This document shows positions 55,846 through 64,000 of a stretch of 64,000 bases of DNA, in pieces (position 1 is the first letter of the stretch; every line of letters begins with the position of its first letter). The position numbers and the translations under genes are program-made. The notes under the pieces were generated by a model. It saw only the letters and a program-made list of their open reading frames with translations. It was not told the DNA's origin and ran no database searches. Origin of the DNA: Alphaproteobacteria bacterium. GTDB taxonomy: Bacteria > Pseudomonadota > Alphaproteobacteria > CAAHEQ01 > UBA3637. The DNA is taken from the NCBI GenBank assembly GCA_045605805.1, contig JAZUQR010000021.1, forward strand, positions 64,001 through 128,000, written 5' to 3'.

Positions 55846-58800
55846 TGTTTTCATTATTCTTTATTAAACGGCCACGTTTTGCCATTGTGATTGCATTGAT
55901 TTTGGCTTTGGCCGGAATCTTGTGTCTGTTCAAACTACCAGTGGATTTATATCCAACAGTCACCCCACCTGAAGTTCGTGTGCGTGCCACATACCCTGGG
56001 GCCAGTGCGGAAACTGTTGCAAAAACAATCGGTATTCCACTGGAAGATGGAATGAACGGTGTGGACGATATGATTTATATGAGTTCCACCAGTGCGGACG
56101 GTGCTTACACTTTAACCATTACCTTTGAAACAGGAACAGATCCGGATATGGCCAGTGTAAAAGTTCAAAACCGCATTCAACAAATTCAAAGTCTTTTACC
56201 GGCCGAAGTGCAACGCTATGGGTTGAAAGTGATGAAAGCCTCGTCTAATATGTTAGGGTTCATCAGCTTTTACTCCCCCGATGATTCTATGTCCGACCAA
56301 GACTTAAATGACTATCTGCAAAACAATGTGGTCAAACCGCTTGCAAAAGTGGATGGTGTGGGCGAAGTCAATGTTTATGGGGCAAAAAAGAGTATGCGCA
56401 TCTGGTTAGATGCCGATAAAATTGCCTCATTAAACTTACCCACCGATAAAATTAAAGCCGCCATTCAAAGTCAAAACTATCAACCGTCATTGGGAAAATT
56501 GGGGGCCCGCCCCAATGACGACAGCGAAAGTTTGGTCTATTCTTTACAAACCACTGGCCGCCTGTCCACAAAGGAACAATTTGAAAACATCATTGTCCGC
56601 ACAAACGAAGAAGGTGGTCTGTTGCGTCTGGCAGATATTGCTCGCATAGAAATCGGCTCAGAAAGTTATGCATTTGAAGCGTATTTTGATCAACATCCGG
56701 CCGTTGCGGTGATGCTCAACCTATCATCCGGAGCCAATGCGTTATCCACTATGGCAGGTGTAAAAAAAGAATTAAAACATTTGGAACAGTTCTTTCCGGA
56801 CAATGTAGCCTATACCATCACCATGGATTCAACCGACTATATCAATGCCTCGGTTGAAGAAGTAGCATGGACATTGATTGCCACCTTCCTGTTGGTGATT
56901 TTTGTGGTGTATTTGTTTTTGCAAGATTGGCGCACCACATTGGTTCCCACACTCACAATTCCTGTGTCATTATTGGCCACCTTTGCGGTAATGGCTGTCT
57001 TGGGCTATTCCATCAATATGTTCACATTGTTTGGTCTGTTGTTGGCCATCGGGGTTGTGGTGGATGACGCCATCTGTGTCACAGAACGGGCAGACTATTT
57101 AATCAACAAAAACGATATGGATCCAATAGAAGCCACCACCCAAACCATGAAGGAAATCTCTGGGGCATTGATTGCAACAACATTGGTGTTGTTGGCCATT
57201 TTTGTTCCAATCGGATTTATGGGTGGGATTACCGGAAAGATTTATCAACAATTTTCGGTCACCATTTCCGTTGCGGTATGTTTTTCAACATTCTGTGCTT
57301 TAACATTGGCACCGGCCGTTGCCTCACACTTTTTTAAAAAAACACAAAATAAAACAACATTTAAGCCGTTGATGTGGTTTAATAAAGTGATTGAAAAGTC
57401 CACCTCGGCCACTCAACGCATTGTATTAAAGTTCGCCCGTAAATTGGTTTTAATTGGCACAGTGTTTGCCTTGTTCTGTGGTTTATCATTCTTTATGTTC
57501 AAATCCACCAGCACATCCTTCCTGCCCAACGAAGACCAAGGCGTGGTAATCATGAGCATCAGCTTACCCGAAGGGGCAACGCTTGGACGCACGCACGAGG
57601 TGATGCAAAAAATTGTGCCTATTGTCAAAAAAGAATCTGGTGTAAAAAACTTTGTGATGATTGCAGGAATGTCTTTCGTGATGGGATCTGGGGAAAATAT
57701 GGCCTCTGGTATTCTTACGCTCCATCCATGGAACAATCGTAAAGGGTCAGAACAAACCTCCACCGCCATCTTAAACCGCCTGCGGGCAGAGCTTCAAAAA
57801 ATGCCCGAAGCCGATATTCAGCTTTTTGAACCACCAGCCATCACAGGGTTGGGCATAGCGGGAGGTTTAGACCTGAGGATTCAATCCTTAACCGACTTAA
57901 ATTATTTATCACTGGATAACAATGCCACAAAGTTGGTGGATGCAATCAATACTGATTCAAGTTTCCAATATGGGTATTCCAGCTTTACCGCCAAAACACC
58001 GAATATATTTTTGGAAATTGACCGAGATAAAGCTGAAAGCATGAATGTGCCTATGAGCAACATATTTAATGCGTTGGAAAATTATCTTGGTTCTGGCTAT
58101 GTGAACGATGTGAACTTCGGCACGCAAGTGAACAAAGTGATTGTGCAATCAGATTGGAAATATCGCCGCAACTTGAAAAGTTTGGATAAACTGTATGTAC
58201 CAAACGCAACGGGCGAAATGGTACCATTAAAAGCCTTGCTAAATATCAAACATACATTGTCCCCTCGGCAAATTACACGTTATAACCAATATCCATCTGC
58301 CCAAATTACAGCTGTGCAATCCAATAAAATAAGCACAGGGGAAGCCATGGATCATCTGGCCGAAATTGCCAAACAGGTTTTGCCAAACAATTATGCGTTT
58401 GAATGGTCTGGCATGAGCTACCAAGAAAAAGAAAACGAAGGCCAAGTTGGCTATCTGATTCTGTTGGCCACCATCTTTGCGTACCTGTTCCTTGTCGCAC
58501 AATATGAAAGCTGGACAGTACCAATTCCTGTATTGATGTCCATCATCTTTGCCATCTGTGGTGGGCTTTTGGGCTTAAAAATAACAAATTTGCCCATGTC
58601 CATCTATGCCCAATTAGGTCTTGTTCTGTTGATTGGATTGGCCAGTAAGAACGCCATTTTGGTGGTTGAATTTGCCAAAGACGAACACGAAAAAGGTTCA
58701 AATGTGGTAGACTCTGGGATTCAAGGTTTAACGCAACGTTTCCGTGCGGTTTTGATGACAGCCTTCACCTTCGTCTTGGGCGTGTTGCCTATGATATGGG

Positions 58801-58964
58801 CCACAGGGGCAGCCTCTGGTTCTCGGCGTTCCTTGGGAACACCGGTGTTCTGGGGGATGACCATCGGCACAATAGTCGGCCTGTTCTGTATTCCGTTGTT
58901 GTATATTTTTGTACAAACCATCACGGATAAAATCCTGCATAAAAAGAAGGATAGACAAGAATAA
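55845..58964 (+). CDS. RND efflux permease (AcrB-like)
   Basis: FFIKRPRFAIV, ATYPGASAETV, AIGVVVDDAI, KNAILVVEFA, RFRAVLMT. Confidence 0.96.
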   Translation: MFSLFFIKRPRFAIVIALILALAGILCLFKLPVDLYPTVTPPEVRVRATYPGASAETVAKTIGIPLEDGMNGVDDMIYMSSTSADGAYTLTITFETGTDPDMASVKVQNRIQQIQSLLPAEVQRYGLKVMKASSNMLGFISFYSPDDSMSDQDLNDYLQNNVVKPLAKVDGVGEVNVYGAKKSMRIWLDADKIASLNLPTDKIKAAIQSQNYQPSLGKLGARPNDDSESLVYSLQTTGRLSTKEQFENIIVRTNEEGGLLRLADIARIEIGSESYAFEAYFDQHPAVAVMLNLSSGANALSTMAGVKKELKHLEQFFPDNVAYTITMDSTDYINASVEEVAWTLIATFLLVIFVVYLFLQDWRTTLVPTLTIPVSLLATFAVMAVLGYSINMFTLFGLLLAIGVVVDDAICVTERADYLINKNDMDPIEATTQTMKEISGALIATTLVLLAIFVPIGFMGGITGKIYQQFSVTISVAVCFSTFCALTLAPAVASHFFKKTQNKTTFKPLMWFNKVIEKSTSATQRIVLKFARKLVLIGTVFALFCGLSFFMFKSTSTSFLPNEDQGVVIMSISLPEGATLGRTHEVMQKIVPIVKKESGVKNFVMIAGMSFVMGSGENMASGILTLHPWNNRKGSEQTSTAILNRLRAELQKMPEADIQLFEPPAITGLGIAGGLDLRIQSLTDLNYLSLDNNATKLVDAINTDSSFQYGYSSFTAKTPNIFLEIDRDKAESMNVPMSNIFNALENYLGSGYVNDVNFGTQVNKVIVQSDWKYRRNLKSLDKLYVPNATGEMVPLKALLNIKHTLSPRQITRYNQYPSAQITAVQSNKISTGEAMDHLAEIAKQVLPNNYAFEWSGMSYQEKENEGQVGYLILLATIFAYLFLVAQYESWTVPIPVLMSIIFAICGGLLGLKITNLPMSIYAQLGLVLLIGLASKNAILVVEFAKDEHEKGSNVVDSGIQGLTQRFRAVLMTAFTFVLGVLPMIWATGAASGSRRSLGTPVFWGMTIGTIVGLFCIPLLYIFVQTITDKILHKKKDRQE

Positions 58965-59061
58965 GTCCATCCCACTTAAAAAAAAGGCACAGTGAAAAAC
59001 GCTGTGCTTTTTTTATGCGAACAAACGGAATAAAAAAATCCCCGTTATACAAACGGGGAAA

Positions 59062-59138
59062 TGGCGATCCCGGAGCGATTCGAACGCCCGACCTACTGCT
59101 TAGAAGGCAGTTGCTCTATCCGGCTGAGCTACGGGACC
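59062..59138 (-). tRNA. tRNA-Arg(TCT)
   Basis: Anticodon arm ACTGC-CTTCTAA-GCAGT, GTTCGAA, CCA. Confidence 0.96.
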
Positions 59139-59280
59139 GATAAAACTATTCTATCCAATCTTCCAACAATTGTCAAGCCTTTTTAACAAACCGCCCTCGC
59201 AAGAAAAAAAATAAGTCTTGATTTGAACCTTTTTTTTTGTTATAATACCGCTGCTTTTAACTATAACAAAGGAGAACAAA

Positions 59281-61707
59281 ATGTCTTATTCAAAAGCAAC
59301 TGACCAAAAATGGCAAAACAAGTGGGCCGAAACCAACCTGTATCAATATGATGAAAATGCCAAAGGGGAAAAGTTGTATTGCTTGGAAATGTTCTCTTAT
59401 CCATCCGCAGCGAACTTGCATTGCGGACACTGGTATAACTTTGCCCCAGTTGATACATGGGCCAGATTTAAAAAGATGCAAGGTTATAACGTCTTTCATC
59501 CAATGGGATTTGATGCTTTTGGATTACCTGCAGAAAATTACGCCATCAAAAATGGACGTCATCCCAAAGAAAGCACTTATGAAAGCATTCACACAATGAT
59601 TCGTCAATTATCCGAAATGGGTCCAACTTATGATTGGGACTACACTGTCAACACATGTGATGAAAGCTATTATAAATGGACACAATGGATTTTCATCCAG
59701 TTATACAAAAAAGGTCTGGCCTATCAAAAAGAAGCCCCTGTGAATTGGTGCCCCAGTTGCCAAACCGTTTTGGCCAACGAACAGGTGATTGACGGATGTT
59801 GTGAGCGTTGTAAAAGCGCTGTGATTCAAAAAAAGATGAAGCAATGGTTTTTCAAAATCACGGATTATGCCGAAAAACTCTTAAAGGATATTGATGGCTT
59901 GAATTGGCCAGAAAAAACCAAAAAGATTCAAAAAAACTGGATTGGTAAATCACACGGTTCTTTAATCACTTTTGACATTGATAATGGCACGCAATTACAA
60001 GCCTTTACAACTCGGGCAGATACTTTGTATGGCTTGTCCTATGTTGTGATTGCACCAGAACATCCTGCCGTTGCTGGTTTAACAAAGCCCGAACAAAAAG
60101 AGGCAGTGGAAAAATATGTGGCTGAGGCCGCCAAAATCAAAGAAATTGACCGCCTGTCCACCGAACGAGAAAGAACGGGTGTTTTTACCGGTTCTTATGC
60201 CACAAATCCCGTGGACGGACGCAAAGTACCTGTATGGGTGGCGGACTATGTGATTGCCACTTACGGCACAGGCTTTGTGATGGCTGTGCCTGCACATGAC
60301 GAACGAGACTATGATTTTGCCGTCAAACACAATCTGCCAATTTCTTTGGTGATTGTAGATAAAGACGGTAAAGAACAACCTCTGCCGTTCTGTGAACATG
60401 GAAAATTGGTGAACAGTCAAGAGTTTTCGGGCATGACAACCGAAGAAGCTATCCCCGCTATCGTTGCCAAATTGAAAAAAGACGGCAAAGGCGAATTGAC
60501 CACAATGTATCGTTTGCGTGACTGGCTGATTTCTCGCCAACGCTATTGGGGCGCACCAATTCCTATCATTCATTGCCCACACTGTGGCACAGTGCCTGTT
60601 CCTGAATCTGACTTACCCGTGAAATTGCCCTATGATGTAGAGTTTCGTCCAGACGGGGAATCGCCCTTAAAACGGTGTGATGCCTTTATGCATACCAAGT
60701 GTCCGATTTGTGGTCAAGAAGCCCTGCGTGACCCGGATACTATGGATACTTTTGTGGATTCCAGTTGGTATTTCTTGCGCTATCCGGATACACGCAACGA
60801 TAAAGAAGTATTTAACAAAGAAAAAATCAACCGTATGTGTCCGATAGACATGTATGTTGGGGGCCAAGAACATGCCACAATGCACCTGCTCTACGCTCGC
60901 TTCTTTACCAAAGCATTACGAGATATGGGCTATTTGGATTTTGATGAACCCTTCTCTGCCCTTGTGCATCAAGGGATGATTTTGGGTCCAGATGGGCAAA
61001 AAATGTCTAAATCCAAAGGAAATACAGTCAATCCAGACCCTTATGTTGAAAAATATGGGGCAGATGTGGTACGCTTATTCTTTGAATTTGCCTTTTCATA
61101 CACAGATGGTGGCCCATGGTCGGATGCGGGTATTGAATCTATGGCTCGCTATCTCAAACGAATAGAAGCTCTGTTTGAAAAAGCCGCTTCTTTACCCGAT
61201 AAAGGCCCCGAAATCGGCAAGTGTGAAAAAGATTTGGACTTTGTCCGCAACAGCACCATCAAAGCCATTACAAAGGATTTGGATGCCATTCAATTCAACA
61301 CCTCTTTGGCTCGGATGATGGAGTTCTTAAATGCTTTGAATGAGTATGTGCAAGGCCCTGTCAATAAAACATTCTTAAAGGAATGCTTAAAAATATATAT
61401 TGTTTTGTTAGCTCCGTTTGCCCCACACTTTGCCGAAGAATTATGGGAACAAATGGGTGAAAATTATTCAGTTCACAACCAACCATGGCCGCAAGTCAAT
61501 GAAGCCGCTTTACAAAAAGACGATATGGTAATCGTTATTCAAACGAACGGCAAACTGCGTGGTCAATTTGAAGTGGCCAAAACAACCGACAAAGAAACAA
61601 TTATTGCCATGGCAAAAGAATCCATTAAAGATTATTTGTCCGACAAAGAAATCGTTAAGGAAATCTATGTGCCAAATAAGTTAGTGAACCTTGTTATCAA
61701 AGCATAA
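59281..61707 (+). CDS. leuS: Leucine--tRNA ligase
   Basis: HIGH variant LHCGH, GFDAFGLPAEN, DWLISRQRYWG, KMSKSKG. Confidence 0.97.
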   Translation: MSYSKATDQKWQNKWAETNLYQYDENAKGEKLYCLEMFSYPSAANLHCGHWYNFAPVDTWARFKKMQGYNVFHPMGFDAFGLPAENYAIKNGRHPKESTYESIHTMIRQLSEMGPTYDWDYTVNTCDESYYKWTQWIFIQLYKKGLAYQKEAPVNWCPSCQTVLANEQVIDGCCERCKSAVIQKKMKQWFFKITDYAEKLLKDIDGLNWPEKTKKIQKNWIGKSHGSLITFDIDNGTQLQAFTTRADTLYGLSYVVIAPEHPAVAGLTKPEQKEAVEKYVAEAAKIKEIDRLSTERERTGVFTGSYATNPVDGRKVPVWVADYVIATYGTGFVMAVPAHDERDYDFAVKHNLPISLVIVDKDGKEQPLPFCEHGKLVNSQEFSGMTTEEAIPAIVAKLKKDGKGELTTMYRLRDWLISRQRYWGAPIPIIHCPHCGTVPVPESDLPVKLPYDVEFRPDGESPLKRCDAFMHTKCPICGQEALRDPDTMDTFVDSSWYFLRYPDTRNDKEVFNKEKINRMCPIDMYVGGQEHATMHLLYARFFTKALRDMGYLDFDEPFSALVHQGMILGPDGQKMSKSKGNTVNPDPYVEKYGADVVRLFFEFAFSYTDGGPWSDAGIESMARYLKRIEALFEKAASLPDKGPEIGKCEKDLDFVRNSTIKAITKDLDAIQFNTSLARMMEFLNALNEYVQGPVNKTFLKECLKIYIVLLAPFAPHFAEELWEQMGENYSVHNQPWPQVNEAALQKDDMVIVIQTNGKLRGQFEVAKTTDKETIIAMAKESIKDYLSDKEIVKEIYVPNKLVNLVIKA

Positions 61708-61755
61708 GGAACAAAACCGAAACAAAATCCCCCGAGTCATTTCAGGGGATTTTTT

Positions 61756-62040
61756 TTATTTCAACCTTGGTTTTTTGGGAATAAATACTTCCTCAGAATT
61801 AAACTCTGTGTTTGGCAGCCATGTTTGATTGCGTCCCAAAAAAGCAATTTTGCCCCGCACAATCAACTTATCCCCTTCTCGCCACATTTCACAAGCATAG
61901 ACTTTGCCGCTTTTGGGATCTAAAATCTCGCCCCCTTTATATTTTTTGCCTTTGGGCTGTAAATCCCATACAATATCCAGCCCTTCAATTTTCGGGCGAT
62001 CAGGTAATTTAGCTTCGGCTTCTTTCCTCCGTTTAATATA
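61756..62040 (-). pseudogene. 5'-truncated DUF2147-like gene (absent from ORF track)
   Basis: Open frame without ATG start: GLDIVWDLQPKGKKYKGGEILDPKSGKVYACEMWREGDKLIVRGKIAFLGRNQTWLP. Confidence 0.75.
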
Positions 62041-62042
62041 AA

Positions 62043-63149
62043 CTAACCATCTTCAAGATGCAACAAAGCCGACAAACACAAGGGAATACAAATCAATGCC
62101 GGCCCCCAAGCTGCCAACACATAAGGCAAACTGCCCGACAAGCCCAACACATTGGTAATGCGTGACACAAAATACAGCAAGAATCCACACCCAATGGCCA
62201 TCAAAACCTTCATAAAAGTCTTTCCTTGCCGATTACCGGACGACACTGTCACAGTCACCGCAATCATCAACATAGACAGCAAAAACACCGGAAAGGCAAT
62301 CAGCTCGTGAAAATACATGGCATGCTGTTCCACAGAAAAGCCCGAATCCTTCAAAAAGCGAATGAACTTTGGAAAACGCCAAAACGACATTGTTTGCGGA
62401 TCATCAAACTTTTCTAAAATACGATCCAAACTCAATTCGGTTGAAAATGTCTTTTGCTCTTGAATCATTGTTTCTTGCAACGGATTTAACACAAAAGCAT
62501 CCGACATAAACATTTGGCCTTTTTCCAAGAAGGCTGTCTCACCTTCCGTTTGTTGCAACAACACCCCCTGCTCGTTCAATTCAAACACAGAAACATTTTT
62601 CAAAAGAACCTGTTTCTTTTCCTGAACAATTTGGGATGCCCTTAAAACCTGAACCCCGTTGGGTGTTTGCTCACGCAACCAAAAGCCATCCTCCGACCAT
62701 ACCAAAGGTGTAGAATGTGTAAAGCCCAAATTCTCCTCCATACGTTCATAGCGTCTGGCAGTCCAAGCCGTCACCGGACTCAACACCAATGTATCCATCA
62801 TTCCAATCATCAGCACCACAATCACCAGAGGAGTTAAGATGTTCCACACCGAAAGCCCTACAGCCCGCATCACAATCAACTCGCTGGACCGATTAAACAG
62901 CAAACAAAAAATGATTCCGGATAACAAAATCACAAACGGCAAAACAATATGCATCATTTGGGGCGATTTTAATACAGCCATCATTAAGGCATCAAAAAAG
63001 CCGGCTGTTTCGCCTTTTGCTGCCTGACGCAACAGCTCAATCAAATCAAACAAACCCACAACAATCGCTAAAATAAGCAGCGTTGCGATAAAAATCTTCA
63101 AAAAGTTTTTAATTGTGTATTGTGTTAAAATCCATTTCATGTAGGCCAT
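62043..63149 (-). CDS. lptG: LPS export permease LptG
   Basis: SELIVMRAVGLSVW, WLRE, P.VLAAWGP, C-terminal LLHLEDG. Confidence 0.88.
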   Translation of the reverse strand: MAYMKWILTQYTIKNFLKIFIATLLILAIVVGLFDLIELLRQAAKGETAGFFDALMMAVLKSPQMMHIVLPFVILLSGIIFCLLFNRSSELIVMRAVGLSVWNILTPLVIVVLMIGMMDTLVLSPVTAWTARRYERMEENLGFTHSTPLVWSEDGFWLREQTPNGVQVLRASQIVQEKKQVLLKNVSVFELNEQGVLLQQTEGETAFLEKGQMFMSDAFVLNPLQETMIQEQKTFSTELSLDRILEKFDDPQTMSFWRFPKFIRFLKDSGFSVEQHAMYFHELIAFPVFLLSMLMIAVTVTVSSGNRQGKTFMKVLMAIGCGFLLYFVSRITNVLGLSGSLPYVLAAWGPALICIPLCLSALLHLEDG

Positions 63150-63262
63150 TATAAGCGATTTTTGCGGGATTGTCATCAAAAAAAACATAAAAATACATTT
63201 TTCTTAAAAAAAAGATTGACATTTGAAAAGAAGTAAGATAAAATACTACCCATACCGCAAAA

Positions 63263-63338
63263 GAGTGCGTAGCTCAGCTGGTAGAGCACCTGACTTTTAA
63301 TCAGGTGGCCGAGGGTTCGAATCCCTCCGCGCTCACCA
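63263..63338 (+). tRNA. tRNA-Lys(TTT)
   Basis: Anticodon arm CCTGA-CTTTTAA-TCAGG, GTTCGAA, CCA; terminator hairpin follows. Confidence 0.96.
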
Positions 63339-63476
63339 TTTATAAGTCCTTGATTTTCAAGGACTTTTTTTGTTTTTTCGGTATGCAAGCTTTGGTGCTA
63401 CCCATCTTCCAGAAAGTCCTTTAATTCCATGCACTTATAAAATTGGCACTTGCATAAAATCTATATCTCATCCCCC

Positions 63477-63508
63477 TGTGATGCAAAGTGTGATGCAACT
63501 GTGATGCA
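63477..63508 (+). repeat. Three TGTGATGCA direct repeats downstream of tRNA-Lys
   Basis: Copies at 63477, 63489, 63500. Confidence 0.65.
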
Positions 63509-63717
63509 TTCTTTCCACTACTTTAATCCATAAACGTAAAAGAAAAAATAAATTTACTTTGTTTTGATGAAACACACCATCTCAAAAAAGAGTGGCAGAA
63601 GGAGTTGGTGAATTAGGAAACAACCGCAACCAGTGTAATCAATGTGGTGGCACCACCAACGAAGATACTCATACCTGCAAATTCTGATAAAGCAATCACC
63701 AGCAAAACCGACGATTT

Positions 63718-63957
63718 TTAAATTCTTAAGGGCTTTTGATTTTTAATATATCGTTCAGCCATTATCATAACTTTCAAGTAATAGCCAGAAATATCAACTC
63801 TATCATGGTAAGAACAGAACTCCTTTTTGGTAATAGTCCGAGATTCTGTTTGATATATTTTACCATCCCATATCTTGCCCTCAACATTTACAGATTCTAC
63901 AACATCTGCAAAAAGGTCCATCGCTTCATTGATATCCATTGCAAAAATACCAGTCAC
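63718..63957 (-). CDS. Small hypothetical protein
   Basis: 79-aa ORF, GGAGAG RBS, GTG start. Confidence 0.45.
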   Translation of the reverse strand: MTGIFAMDINEAMDLFADVVESVNVEGKIWDGKIYQTESRTITKKEFCSYHDRVDISGYYLKVMIMAERYIKNQKPLRI

Positions 63958-64000
63958 CTCTCCTTCTTGTAATTCAAAATCCGCTAGGCTATTTTCTGTT

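Noticed and set aside
47323-60885. Many short antisense or alternate-frame ORFs inside lon, clpX, tig, the RND genes and leuS
   Set aside because: Shadow ORFs of well-supported genes with no recognisable motifs.

Overview
Chromosomal window from an AT-rich alphaproteobacterium (gcrA, alpha-type lptG, ffs-dnaX); a host-associated lineage is an inference. The left arm (1-11.8 kb) and right arm (47.1-63.3 kb) are housekeeping: nth, gcrA, polA, tlyA, gpsA, ffs, dnaX, msbA; lon, clpX, tig, clpP, an RND pump, leuS, lptG; four tRNAs in total. Between tRNA-Thr(GGT) and tRNA-Leu(CAG) lies a ~35-kb accessory region with two parts. (1) A 25.7-kb integrative element bounded by a 20-bp duplication of the tRNA 3' end. 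It carries an integrase with arm-type repeats, an iteron array, hsp20, a candidate three-gene anti-phage operon (Cap4-like nuclease + 968-aa helical protein + HNH-like protein), two paralogous serine recombinases, hix-like inverted sites in front of a surface-glycan cluster, a small tyrosine recombinase and a Fic protein. (2) A run of small integrase-less gene cassettes (O-acetyltransferases, MccF-like peptidase, DUF805, LRR protein) separated by four copies of a structured repeat that contains tRNA-Thr 3'-derived sequence. The best candidates for undescribed systems are this tRNA-anchored cassette array, the putative defence operon and the putative invertible switch. All family assignments are by motif recognition only; no searches were run.
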